Shown: piece after piece, positions 1 to 9,937 of the stretch | Layout: each line of letters begins with the position of its first letter | Numbering within the stretch: the first letter of the stretch is position 1 | From: an uncultured Thermococci archaeon | Lineage (GTDB): Archaea; Methanobacteriota_B; Thermococci; Methanofastidiosales; B48-G16 | Direction of reading: 5' to 3' | Assembly: GCA_964595645.1 (NCBI GenBank) | Contig: CAZQQT010000001.1 | Coordinates: 192,001-256,000, forward strand | DNA length: 64,000 bases | Made by a program: the position numbers and the translations under genes | Notes under the pieces: generated by a model | The model's input: only the letters and a program-made list of their open reading frames with translations | Told to the model about the DNA's origin: nothing | The model's database searches: none

Positions 1-1683
1 TCCCCCAAGTTCGCGGATGTGTTTAGACACAATGCCTTTTTTATAAGTCAGGATGCCCGACAAGCTGTAAAGGAGGGCAGAGCAGATTATACGCCCATAT
101 TCCTTTCCGAGATCCCAAGAAATTTCAAACTTGGATTAATACCAATTGATATTGCACTGGTGCAGGTCTCACCCCCTGATGAGTACGGATTTTTCAGTCT
201 TGGTACTTCTGTGGATATCGTCAAAAGCGCGGTAGAGGCGAGCGATATCGTAATCGCAGAGGTCAATGAGCAGATGCCGCGGACGCTCGGTGACAGCTTC
301 ATTCACATCAGTGACATTGAAACGCTTGTGGCAGCAGACTATGCGCTACCCGAGTGGGAAGAACCGGAAGAAACAGAAATAGCGGGCAAAATTGGCGCGT
401 ATGTGGCGAGCCTTGTGGAAAATGGCTCGACGATACAGACAGGATATGGAAGCATTCCAAACGCTGTCCTTGCTTCTTTAGAGGACAAAAAGGATCTTGG
501 TATCCATACTGAGATGTTCTCCGACGGTGTTGCAGATCTTGTGGAGAAAGGTGTTATTACATGTGAGGAAAAGTCGATTCACCGAGGAAAGATAATTGGC
601 TCCTTCTGTGTCGGATCAAAAAAGATATACGATTTTGTCGATAACAATCCCCTCGTTGAGTTCCATCCGGTGGAATATACCAACGATCCCTTTGTTATCG
701 CAAAAAACGATAAAATGGTGGCCATCAACTCTGCACTGGAAGTAGATTTTACCGGGCAGGTATGTGCAGATTCGCTGGGTCCAATGTTCTACTCCGGTAT
801 TGGCGGGCACTGTGATTTCATGCGCGGTGCAGCACGTGCTGAAGGCGGCAAACCGATCATTGTCATGCCATCTACAGCGGAGAATGGAGAAACGTCACGG
901 ATCGTTCCTTTCCTCAGCCAGGGTGCGGGTGTCGTTGAAACGAGGGGAGATATTCACTATGTCGTGACAGAATACGGTATTGCGTATCTCTATGGAAGAA
1001 CGATACGTGAACGAGTCTTGGAACTCATCAATATTGCCCATCCCAAGTTCCGTACCGAATTACTTGAGAAGGCAAAGGAGCTGAACTACATCTATGAGGA
1101 TCAGCTTGAGAAAGGGTTTGAAGAGGACGTACGTTATCCAGCGCAGTGGGAAACAGAGAAAATAATGAAAGATGGAACGTTAATGCACTTTAGACCTATA
1201 AAACCCACGGATGAACCGGAACTCCGAGAGTTCATGTACTCTCTGTCAGATGAGAGCCTCTATATGCGGTTCTTTACCAAAGTAAAAGCGATGCCTCACA
1301 AACGGGTGCAGTATTTCGCTAACGTGGATTATAAGTGGACCATGGCCATCTGTGGATTCGCAGAGGAAAAAGGAGTGAAGAGACTCGTTGCAGTTGGAAG
1401 ATACGGGAGATCGAAGGGAGAGAACATGGCCGAAGTAGCATTTCTAGTGCACGATGACTATCAGGGGATCGGTATCGGCGGATTCCTGTTTAATTACCTC
1501 ATTAAAATAGCCAAGGCAAATAACGTCAAGGGTTTCACTGCAGAGGTCCTTCCAGAGAACAGGAAAATGCTTGAAATATTCTTCAAAAGTGGTTATGAGA
1601 TAAAAAGTACGCTGGAAGGAGGCAATTATCATATAGAGTTCACTTTTGACTCAAAAAAAGAGAACAAAGAAAAATCTTCTTAA
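1..1683 (+). CDS. Acetyl-CoA hydrolase/CoA-transferase fused to a C-terminal GNAT acetyltransferase (5'-truncated at window edge)
   Basis: Motifs TIQTGYGSIP, GIHTEMFSDG, YSGIGGHCDF, VVTEYG; C-terminal GNAT (AEVAFLVHDDYQGIGIG, VLPENRKM); frame is open back to position 1. Confidence 0.9.
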   Translation, partial: SPKFADVFRHNAFFISQDARQAVKEGRADYTPIFLSEIPRNFKLGLIPIDIALVQVSPPDEYGFFSLGTSVDIVKSAVEASDIVIAEVNEQMPRTLGDSFIHISDIETLVAADYALPEWEEPEETEIAGKIGAYVASLVENGSTIQTGYGSIPNAVLASLEDKKDLGIHTEMFSDGVADLVEKGVITCEEKSIHRGKIIGSFCVGSKKIYDFVDNNPLVEFHPVEYTNDPFVIAKNDKMVAINSALEVDFTGQVCADSLGPMFYSGIGGHCDFMRGAARAEGGKPIIVMPSTAENGETSRIVPFLSQGAGVVETRGDIHYVVTEYGIAYLYGRTIRERVLELINIAHPKFRTELLEKAKELNYIYEDQLEKGFEEDVRYPAQWETEKIMKDGTLMHFRPIKPTDEPELREFMYSLSDESLYMRFFTKVKAMPHKRVQYFANVDYKWTMAICGFAEEKGVKRLVAVGRYGRSKGENMAEVAFLVHDDYQGIGIGGFLFNYLIKIAKANNVKGFTAEVLPENRKMLEIFFKSGYEIKSTLEGGNYHIEFTFDSKKENKEKSS

Positions 1684-1736
1684 CATTTGCCTTTTTTATG
1701 CGGAAGTTATAAAAATTGTACAGGAGAGGGAGTGAT

Positions 1737-3263
1737 ATGGATCTTACTGTAAGATTATTGGATTTAGATGCAGCGGGCAAGACGATTGTGATTCTCAATG
1801 AGCAGGATGCTCTTGAGCTGGGTGTCTACCCTCTAGACAGAGTATGTCTAGAGAGTGAGTTGACGGCAATAGTAAACACAAGCGATAAATTTGTGAAACG
1901 AGGAGAAATTGTGGCCTACGAGGAGGTTTGGGAGATCCTGAATCTGCAAGAAGGTCAGACGGTGGAGGTGAATCCTCTCACCCAGTTTAGATCGAGCGAG
2001 TACATACGAAGAAAAATAACTGGAAAGGAACTAGAACAGGAGGAGATTAACGCAATTGTACAAGACGTTGTGGATAGAAATTTAAGTGATTTGGAGTTAG
2101 CTGCTTTTATTACGGCTCTCTCAATTAAAAGATTATCTAAAGAAGAAAAAAAATCATTAACGCGAGCGATGACAGATGTAGGTACACGATTAGATATAAA
2201 GAGAGATATCATTGCGGATAAACACAGTATTGGTGGAGTTCCTGGCGATAAAACTACCATACTGTTGGTTCCTATCATTGCATCTGCCGGTCTTACTATC
2301 CCCAAAACGTCCTCCCGTGCGGTGACCTCTCCCGCCGGAACCGCCGATAGGGTTGAAATGCTTACCAATGTGGAGCTGGAGAAGGAGGAGATCGAGGAGA
2401 CCGTGCGGAAGACAAATGGATGCATGGTCTGGGGGGGAGCCCTGGATCTCGCACCTGCCGATGATCTTTTCATTCAGATAGAACGACCACTTCATGTCGA
2501 TCCTCTCCTTCTTCCTTCAATTTTAAGCAAGAAAAAAGCAGTAAATGCGTCCCATGTTGTCTTAGACATCCCTTCTGGAAGAGGAGCAAAAATAAAAACC
2601 TTTTCGGATGCGAGAGAACTGGCGGATGATTTCATTACACTGGGCAAAGACTTAGGTATGGTCTTGGAGTGTGGTATCACCTTCGGTGAACAGCCTATCG
2701 GTCACACCATCGGAGCTGCACTTGAGGCACGTGAGGCTCTGGAGACGGTTATGGGCAGAGGCGCGTATGACCTCGTGGATAAAGCAACCTCACTGGCAGG
2801 TATTTTACTGGAGATCACGGGAAAATCAGGAAATGGAAAAAAATTAGCATTGGAACTCTTCGAAAAGAAGGCAGAGGAAAAACTGAGAGAGATAATCGAG
2901 GTCCAGGGCGGCGATCCTGATATTACTCCTGAGGATATAGAAGTGGGATCGCGGACATTCACACTTCACGCTACAGAAGAGGGAGAAGTGAGGTGGGTGA
3001 ACAATGTGCAATTGGTGACCTTGGCAAAAAATCTCGGTTGTCCTAAAGACAAGAGAGCAGGAGTCAAGATCCACAAAAAACTTGGTGATATTGTGAAAAA
3101 GGGAGATCCACTGCTGACACTCTATGCCGAGAAACGCTATAAGTTGCAGACAGCTGAAAAGAATCTTGAGAAAATGGAACCGATTGTTGTTATGGATGAA
3201 CTGGAGAAGCATATGCTCACCAAAAAGATCCCGGAAGAGGAGATCCTTTTCATGAGGACATAA
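1737..3263 (+). CDS. deoA: AMP phosphorylase (archaeal thymidine phosphorylase family)
   Basis: DKHSIGGVPG, PKTSSRAVTSPAGTAD; N-terminal double-psi barrel; ATG at 1737 after GGAGAGGGAGTG. Confidence 0.92.
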   Translation: MDLTVRLLDLDAAGKTIVILNEQDALELGVYPLDRVCLESELTAIVNTSDKFVKRGEIVAYEEVWEILNLQEGQTVEVNPLTQFRSSEYIRRKITGKELEQEEINAIVQDVVDRNLSDLELAAFITALSIKRLSKEEKKSLTRAMTDVGTRLDIKRDIIADKHSIGGVPGDKTTILLVPIIASAGLTIPKTSSRAVTSPAGTADRVEMLTNVELEKEEIEETVRKTNGCMVWGGALDLAPADDLFIQIERPLHVDPLLLPSILSKKKAVNASHVVLDIPSGRGAKIKTFSDARELADDFITLGKDLGMVLECGITFGEQPIGHTIGAALEAREALETVMGRGAYDLVDKATSLAGILLEITGKSGNGKKLALELFEKKAEEKLREIIEVQGGDPDITPEDIEVGSRTFTLHATEEGEVRWVNNVQLVTLAKNLGCPKDKRAGVKIHKKLGDIVKKGDPLLTLYAEKRYKLQTAEKNLEKMEPIVVMDELEKHMLTKKIPEEEILFMRT

Positions 3264-3300
3264 CAACTCTTAAAAATACCAGCTTCTATCCTGTGATAAC

Positions 3301-4614
3301 ATGTTACACACGGTATTCTACCCTAAAAGTATCGCTGTGATCGGCGCGTCGAAAAAGGAAGGAAAAGAAGGACACATCATCATGAAAAATATTCTCGACC
3401 TAGGATACCCTGGTGATATCTACCCTGTGAACCCAAGGTATGACGAGGTATGCGGGGTTCCATGCAAACTCATCGATGAGCTTGATGTGGATCTTGCGAT
3501 TATTGTTACCCCTCCTGAGACGGTCATTGGCATTGTTCGTGCACTGGAAGGACACGCAAAGGCGGCTGTCATTGTGACCGCAGGGTTCTCTGAGGGAAGC
3601 GAGGAAGGTGAAGCACGGGAAGAGGAACTGAAAAAAGTTATCGAGGAGACGGGAATTTGTGTGGTGGGCCCAAACACTGTAGGCATTTTAAATACTGAGA
3701 ACAACCTCACCACAACATTTGCCCAGCTGAAAGAATTAAAAAAAGGAAATATAAGTTTTATTTCTCAATCGGGCGTTGTACTCGGAGTAATTCTTCTAAA
3801 ATGTATCTCGAACGGTTATGGGATTAGTAAGGTAGCAGCTCTTGGGAACAAGATAGATCTCGATGAGGTCGATTTTTTGGAGTACTTTTTTGAGGATGAA
3901 CATACTGATGTTGTGGGCATGTACCTCGAGGAGATACAGGGAAGAAAGATGTTCGACTTTTTAAGAAAAAATAGAATGAAAAAACCAATTGTTCTTTTAA
4001 AGTCAGGCATGACAGATGCAGGAAAACAGGCAGCCATGTCGCATACATCATCACTGGCAGGAGATTACAAAGTATTTAAGGGGTTCGCAAAACAGATGAA
4101 TCTTGCTACCGTCGAGACGCTTCAGGAGCTGGTGCAGACCACAAAGACACTCTCTTTTCTCGGAAGAATAGAAGGAAGGAGACTGGCAGCTATTCACTAC
4201 ACAGGAGCGGGTTGTGTGCTTGCCTCCGATTTTGCGATACAACACGGCTTTGAGCTTCCGGAACTCTCTCAGGATACAAAGGAAAAAATTCGAAAAATCA
4301 CACCGAACTGGCATAGAATCCGGAATCCAGTGGATATCTGGCCTGCCTGGGAACAGCATAAGAAAACAGCATATGAGAGGGCACATGAGGCACTACAGGA
4401 GGATGAGAACATCGACATTATCCTGATCGGATTTCCTGCGATGCATGGCATGACTCTTCCGGATCTCACCGTAAAAAAACCAACAGTTTTTTGTATAGAG
4501 GGAGACACAGCACTCAAAGAGATGTTCAGAAAAAAACTTGAGAGCAGTGGAATTCCATGTTTTGTCAGTGAGAAGAAGTGTATCGAGACGCTGGACAGAA
4601 TATCAGTGTTTTAA
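3301..4614 (+). CDS. acdA: ADP-forming acyl-CoA synthetase alpha subunit
   Basis: PKSIAVIGAS, YPVNP, GPNTVG, SQSG, catalytic His in SHTSSLAG, NPVD. Confidence 0.85.
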   Translation: MLHTVFYPKSIAVIGASKKEGKEGHIIMKNILDLGYPGDIYPVNPRYDEVCGVPCKLIDELDVDLAIIVTPPETVIGIVRALEGHAKAAVIVTAGFSEGSEEGEAREEELKKVIEETGICVVGPNTVGILNTENNLTTTFAQLKELKKGNISFISQSGVVLGVILLKCISNGYGISKVAALGNKIDLDEVDFLEYFFEDEHTDVVGMYLEEIQGRKMFDFLRKNRMKKPIVLLKSGMTDAGKQAAMSHTSSLAGDYKVFKGFAKQMNLATVETLQELVQTTKTLSFLGRIEGRRLAAIHYTGAGCVLASDFAIQHGFELPELSQDTKEKIRKITPNWHRIRNPVDIWPAWEQHKKTAYERAHEALQEDENIDIILIGFPAMHGMTLPDLTVKKPTVFCIEGDTALKEMFRKKLESSGIPCFVSEKKCIETLDRISVF

Positions 4615-4720
4615 ATACTCTATACTATAGCGTGTATATTCCACAAATTTTTCTAGAAATGTTTATTTTAATCACCAAAAATTTTTAAATACATAGCGTA
4701 TATAAATTATGGGGATTTGA

Positions 4721-5827
4721 ATGCATGATATATTAAAAAGTTGTGGAGCGGTGTTGTGTCTTTTTTTTGTCGTAGCATGTGTCGGTACAGAGGAAAAAAT
4801 CAGGAATACAGTGATTATTGAGGATAAGGGAAATAATAGTGGTGATTTTGTATTGCCAACAGAAGATGGATTTATTATTTTTGGAAAAAATTCTTTTAAT
4901 AGAGAAACCGAGCCAAGACTTCTAAAAATCGATAAAAACTACAACATTCTTTGGTCTAAGAGCTACGCCATTGAAGGGGAGTATTATATATCTCGTGACC
5001 TTCTTGAAACAGAAGAGGGCTATCTTCTTTCCGGCTGTGTGCAATCACTAGAAGAGAGATACTCAAAGATCATGGTTTTGAAGACGGATAAAGAAGGAAA
5101 TGAGCAATGGCGGGGGTACTACACAGGTCTTGGCTATTCAATGTATGGATCTGTTTTATCAGTAGATAGTGGCTTTATCATCGCCGGTCTCACATACTCT
5201 TTACCTGGAACGCCGACGAGTACTTTTCTTATAAAAGTCAATGAGGAAGGAAATAAAGAGTGGCAAGAAGTTTACGGCAAAAATCAGACAGGAAATGTTG
5301 TCTGCAAGGCTGAAAATGGTTATCTCATAGCTGGAATGAGTCGAGCGAATGACAATGGAGACCTGCTCTTGATAAAAGTGAATAAATTAGGAGAAAAAAT
5401 ATGGTCAAAAACATATCATAAAACAGCCGTCGAATGGCCGTGTTCAGTATTTTCTGTTAATGATGGGTATGTAGTGGCAGGATACAGCTCGGGACATGGT
5501 GGAGATTTTCTACTCATGAACGTGGATAAGCGGGGTAAGGAACTATGGTCAAAAAGATACGATAACGAAGATGAGCTTCCAAGAGATGCTATAGAAACGG
5601 ATAATGGGATTATTATGGTAGGATCAACATTTCCTGCTTTTGAAGCTGAAAAGGATATATTTATCGTAAAAACTGATAAGGAAGGAAATGAGGAGTGGCG
5701 CAAGATCAGAGAGGATGAGAAGAGCCAGATAGCACACTCTCTCTGCAAGGTAGAGGAGAGTATTTTTGTTGTTGGAACGACGACAAAAAAGGAAGAGGGA
5801 GATGTACTCTTAATACAAATAGAATAA
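4721..5827 (+). CDS. Predicted lipoprotein with beta-propeller repeats
   Basis: Lipobox-like VVAC; six repeats of the type L-x-K-x-D/N-x-x-G-N-x-x-W-x-K-x-Y. Confidence 0.75.
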   Translation: MHDILKSCGAVLCLFFVVACVGTEEKIRNTVIIEDKGNNSGDFVLPTEDGFIIFGKNSFNRETEPRLLKIDKNYNILWSKSYAIEGEYYISRDLLETEEGYLLSGCVQSLEERYSKIMVLKTDKEGNEQWRGYYTGLGYSMYGSVLSVDSGFIIAGLTYSLPGTPTSTFLIKVNEEGNKEWQEVYGKNQTGNVVCKAENGYLIAGMSRANDNGDLLLIKVNKLGEKIWSKTYHKTAVEWPCSVFSVNDGYVVAGYSSGHGGDFLLMNVDKRGKELWSKRYDNEDELPRDAIETDNGIIMVGSTFPAFEAEKDIFIVKTDKEGNEEWRKIREDEKSQIAHSLCKVEESIFVVGTTTKKEEGDVLLIQIE

Positions 5828-5834
5828 AAAGGAG

Positions 5835-6158
5835 ATGAAAAATATGAAAAAATTAATTTGTGCGATGCTTGCTTGCTTGTTACTAGCAGGCATGGTCAGT
5901 GTTGTAGCAGATGAAAATGATAAATGTCCGTGCAATAAAAAAGATAACGTTGAGCCGATGTACATAGGGGCAACAGAGACTAAATGTATGTGTTTTCCTT
6001 ACGATGACTCGAAGCCCTATACATGTGCATGCCGGGACCGCGAGTGTCGCTATCTCTCAGGTGAGTGGCACTGTGGTGCTTGGGCTGCAACATGGACAGT
6101 TGACTACAATATATGCCTCGCCTATGGTGGTCTTTTTGGTTGCAATTGGTATCACTGA
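5835..6158 (+). CDS. Small secreted Cys-rich protein (107 aa), possible antimicrobial peptide precursor
   Basis: Signal peptide MKNMKKLICAMLACLLLAGMVSVVA; 10 Cys after the signal; AAGGAG upstream; T-tract downstream. Confidence 0.7.
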   Translation: MKNMKKLICAMLACLLLAGMVSVVADENDKCPCNKKDNVEPMYIGATETKCMCFPYDDSKPYTCACRDRECRYLSGEWHCGAWAATWTVDYNICLAYGGLFGCNWYH

Positions 6159-6162
6159 GTGA

Positions 6163-6200
6163 TTTTTCTCCTCCACGTTTCTTTTTCTTCTTTTTCCCTT
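6163..6200 (+). terminator. Pyrimidine/T-rich archaeal terminator
   Basis: TTTTTCTCCTCCACGTTTCTTTTTCTTCTTTTTCCCTT directly after the stop codon. Confidence 0.5.
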
Positions 6201-6348
6201 TACTTATTTCACTCGCTGCAAGAATCTATACTTCATTCTGTATGTGGTCTTCTCCCTCGATAAGAAAGCTTAAGATAAATATGGAGTTATGGATGTGAAG
6301 AATCACAAGGTATAAAAATAAACGAGGGAAAAAGTATATGGTGAGTTC

Positions 6349-6825
6349 ATGGAAATAGACGTTGTCGATATACAAAAAGATGAAGGCGTGGAGTGTATCA
6401 TTGGTCAGGGAAACTTTTCAATCTTCACCGTGGACGATCTCGCGACAGCGCTGAAAACATCTGTACCAAATATCTCCTTCGGTATTGCCATGAATGAGGC
6501 CAAACCAAAGCTCACACGGGCTGAGGGAAATGATGAAGCCTTAAAGAAGATGGCCACTGAAAACTGCGTGGAGATTGGTGCGGGCCACGTGTTTGTTATC
6601 ATGATGAAGGACGCATTTCCCATCAACGTGCTCAATATCATTAAGGATCATCCCACTGTCTGTTCCATCTACGCAGCTTCCGAGAATCTATTGCAGGCGA
6701 TTGTCGGCGAGACGGATCTCGGTAGAGCCGTGCTCGGTGTGGTGGACGGAACAGCAGCTACCGCGATAGAGAATGAGAAGGAACGAGAAGAGAGGAAAGA
6801 TCTATTACAGAAGATTGGATATTAG
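6349..6825 (+). CDS. Adenosine-specific kinase family protein (DUF355)
   Basis: IIGQGNFSIFTVDDL, GHVFVI, FPINVL, GRAVLGVVDG, RKDLLQKIGY. Confidence 0.85.
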   Translation: MEIDVVDIQKDEGVECIIGQGNFSIFTVDDLATALKTSVPNISFGIAMNEAKPKLTRAEGNDEALKKMATENCVEIGAGHVFVIMMKDAFPINVLNIIKDHPTVCSIYAASENLLQAIVGETDLGRAVLGVVDGTAATAIENEKEREERKDLLQKIGY

Positions 6826-6833
6826 GTGAGAAC

Positions 6834-8609
6834 ATGGAGAAAGATTTACTTATGGGTAATGAAGCGATTGCACGAGGAGCGGCTGAAGGGGGTGTCTCCT
6901 TCGTGAGTGCATATCCCGGAACACCTTCCTCGGAGATTCCGGCGACAGTAGCAACCTTCGCAGAGGAGTATGACATCTATATGGAGTACTCTACAAACGA
7001 AAAAGTGGCATTTGAAGTTGCACTGGGTGCTTCATGGTCTAACCTGAGGGCCATGGTCACTATGAAACATGTCGGTCTCAATGTGGCCTCAGATGCGTTT
7101 ATGTCCGTGGCGTACGCTGGTACACAGGGTGGATTTGTACTTGTGGTGGCAGATGATCCCTCTATGCACTCTTCCCAGAATGAGCAGGATACTCGGTGTT
7201 ACGCCCGGTTTGGGAATGTTCCGTGTCTCGATCCAGCCTCCCCTCAAGAGGCAAAGGAGATGACCATCGAAGCCTTCGAGATCTCTGAACAGTTTAACCT
7301 TCCGGTAATTGTACGACCTACCACCCGTGTCTCTCATTCCCGTGGCGATGTGACATTAGGGGAAGTAAAGGAACAGAATGCGGTACAATGGGAGCGGGAC
7401 CCCACACGAAAGGTCACACTACCCGCCAATGCGCGACGGTTCCATCCGGAACTTCTTGAGAAAATGAAGAAGGCGGAAGAATACTTCGAGGACTCAGAGT
7501 TCAACTGGAAAGAAGGAGATGGTGAGCTCGGTATTATCGCTTCAGGCGTTGCCTATAATTACGTGAAAGAAGCAGTAGATTATTTTGATATTGACGCTGA
7601 AATACTGAAGATCGGTACAGCGCATCCTCTTCCCCGAACATTATTGTTAGGATTCATCAAGGATCATGCCGAAATCATTGTCGTTGAAGAGATGGAGCCT
7701 CTTGTAGAGATGGAAACGAAAAAGATTGCGCAGGAAGAAAAGATCGAGGCGACGATCCACGGAAAGGACCTCCTCTCTCGATGTTACGAGTACTCCACCA
7801 TGCAGGTGGCACAGGCGATGGGATCATTGGTGGGAAAAGAGGTGGAGGTACCTGATGTGGATGTGAGTGAGTATATGGTACCGAGACCTCCGGTCCTCTG
7901 TCCCGGTTGCCCACATCGCGGATCCTTTTACGCCCTGAAAAAAGTGGCACCCGATGGTGTCTACCCCAGTGATATTGGGTGCTACACGCTCGGTGCGCTG
8001 GCACCATTGAATGCCGTGGATACTTGTTTTTGTATGGGTGGCAGCATCGGTATCTCTTGCGGACTTTCCAAGGCGTTGAAAGATAAACCCGTAGTGGCGA
8101 CAATCGGAGACTCTACGTTTTTCCACACGGGACTCCCTCCGATGGTAAACGGCGTCTACAATAACGATGACTTTACAATATTCCTTCTGGATAACAAAAC
8201 AACGGCAATGACGGGACATCAGCCCCATCCCGGAACGGGAAAGACCGGGACCGGAAAGGATACGACGGTACTCTACCCCGAAAAGATTGCAGAGAGTATC
8301 GGCGCGTTTACGAAAGTTGTCGATCCTTACAATCTGGATGAAACAATTAAGGGGCTTAAAGAGGCAATATCGTACGACGGTGTTGCTATGGTTGTTGCGC
8401 GCCGTGAGTGTGCGCTCATTAGTGAGAACAAAACACCCCTTGCCGTGGATGAAGAGAAATGTATTACCTGTCTCACGTGTGTGAATGAACTTGGGTGTCC
8501 TGCCATCGTGAAGGAAGGCGATAGAGTATATATAGATGAAAAATTCTGTACGGGCTGCGGTGTATGTGCGCAGGTATGTCCTGTACAGGCAATAGAGGTG
8601 ATAGAATGA
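6834..8609 (+). CDS. iorA: Indolepyruvate:ferredoxin oxidoreductase alpha subunit
   Basis: GNEAIARG, YPGTPSSE, MKHVGLNVA, LCPGCPHR, GDSTF, C-terminal ferredoxin domain. Confidence 0.95.
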   Translation: MEKDLLMGNEAIARGAAEGGVSFVSAYPGTPSSEIPATVATFAEEYDIYMEYSTNEKVAFEVALGASWSNLRAMVTMKHVGLNVASDAFMSVAYAGTQGGFVLVVADDPSMHSSQNEQDTRCYARFGNVPCLDPASPQEAKEMTIEAFEISEQFNLPVIVRPTTRVSHSRGDVTLGEVKEQNAVQWERDPTRKVTLPANARRFHPELLEKMKKAEEYFEDSEFNWKEGDGELGIIASGVAYNYVKEAVDYFDIDAEILKIGTAHPLPRTLLLGFIKDHAEIIVVEEMEPLVEMETKKIAQEEKIEATIHGKDLLSRCYEYSTMQVAQAMGSLVGKEVEVPDVDVSEYMVPRPPVLCPGCPHRGSFYALKKVAPDGVYPSDIGCYTLGALAPLNAVDTCFCMGGSIGISCGLSKALKDKPVVATIGDSTFFHTGLPPMVNGVYNNDDFTIFLLDNKTTAMTGHQPHPGTGKTGTGKDTTVLYPEKIAESIGAFTKVVDPYNLDETIKGLKEAISYDGVAMVVARRECALISENKTPLAVDEEKCITCLTCVNELGCPAIVKEGDRVYIDEKFCTGCGVCAQVCPVQAIEVIE

Positions 8610-8971
8610 GTGGAGAAGTACCTCCAAATGTACAACATCAGATTCAGCAGTTCCAGCAGTTGCAACAGCAGTATGAGATGATAGTCTCTCAGAAACAGAG
8701 ATTGAATTTGGAAGAGCGAGAAATAGAGCTTGCGCTGGAAGAACTGGATAAAACAGATAAAAAAACTGTATATAGGGATGTAGGAAGTGTAATGCTTAAA
8801 AAGGGCACGGACGAAGTGATAGAGGAGCTTAAGTCGAGAAAAGAAGATATCGATTTAAAGAAAGAATCTCTCGAAAGACAGGAAAAAAGGACAACAAAAA
8901 AACTGAAAGAGATGCAAAGCAAACTCCAGCAACTACTGAGCGGAGCTGGAGGCGCAGTAAAAGGTTCGTAA
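8606..8971 (+). CDS. pfdB: Prefoldin beta subunit
   Basis: VPPNVQHQIQQFQQLQQQ...VYRDVGSVML coiled coil; ATGA overlap with iorA stop. Confidence 0.93.
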   Translation: MSGEVPPNVQHQIQQFQQLQQQYEMIVSQKQRLNLEEREIELALEELDKTDKKTVYRDVGSVMLKKGTDEVIEELKSRKEDIDLKKESLERQEKRTTKKLKEMQSKLQQLLSGAGGAVKGS

Positions 8972-9937
8972 GTGAGTGGAGTGAGTCCTAATCCTGTAGA
9001 AATAATAGACAAAATAAAGTCTACTTTCGAGGAAAAAAATCAATTTTTGGTAGTTATTCATAAGAATGCGGACGCTGATGCTGTTGGGAGTGCACTTGCA
9101 CTGAAATACTACCTCCAAAGCAAAGGTAAAGAGACAATAATAGGATGTGAGTCTATTAACAGTCAAGGAAAGATGCTTCTGGAGAACCTAGAGGAAGAGG
9201 TAGAGTACCATGTACCTCCAGGAGACCACGATACAGTGGTTCTTCTGGACACCTCCTCAGTCGAGAAGGCGGGCATTTTCAAAGAGTGTGTATATGCAGC
9301 TGAGAATGTTGTCGTGATAGATCATCACGAAAAAAACAAAGAATTAGAGCAATTTCTATATTATAATGAACATTTAGCTTCGAACGCTGAAATAATATAT
9401 AAATTCTTTCCATTATCTAACGAAAATTATTTAAAGGCCATATTAGCGGGTATAGTTGCGGATACGGGCCATTTTAAACATGCCACTCCGGCGACCTTTG
9501 AGACCGTTCATACGATCCTCACAAATGGAATTGATTTACAGGAAATCTTTCTCCTTCTCCAAACAGAAATGGATCGATCACGGAAAATTGCGGTGCTGAA
9601 AGCATGCAAACGGATGAAGTTGCACTACATCAAGGACCTAATAATTGCCACCACGAGTGTCGGCTCCCACGAATCACTTGCCGCGAAATACCTTCTCTTC
9701 ATGGGCGCCGATATCTCCTTTGTGGCTAATAAGGATAGAATAAGCTCACGTGCGAAAAAAAATGTGATAAAACGAGGAATCAATCTCGCAGAGATCATGC
9801 AGAAGATAGGAACACTGGAGAATGGAGATGGCGGAGGGCACAAGGCGGCGGCAGGTGCCGCATCTCTTGAAGATACAAAAAACGCGTTGAATTTATGCGT
9901 GAAGTTAGTGGAGAAAAGACTCGATACCCATGGATGA
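8972..9937 (+). CDS. DHH/DHHA1 phosphoesterase
   Basis: HKNADADAVGS, LDT, IDHH, DTGHF, GGGHKAAAG. Confidence 0.9.
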   Translation: MSGVSPNPVEIIDKIKSTFEEKNQFLVVIHKNADADAVGSALALKYYLQSKGKETIIGCESINSQGKMLLENLEEEVEYHVPPGDHDTVVLLDTSSVEKAGIFKECVYAAENVVVIDHHEKNKELEQFLYYNEHLASNAEIIYKFFPLSNENYLKAILAGIVADTGHFKHATPATFETVHTILTNGIDLQEIFLLLQTEMDRSRKIAVLKACKRMKLHYIKDLIIATTSVGSHESLAAKYLLFMGADISFVANKDRISSRAKKNVIKRGINLAEIMQKIGTLENGDGGGHKAAAGAASLEDTKNALNLCVKLVEKRLDTHG

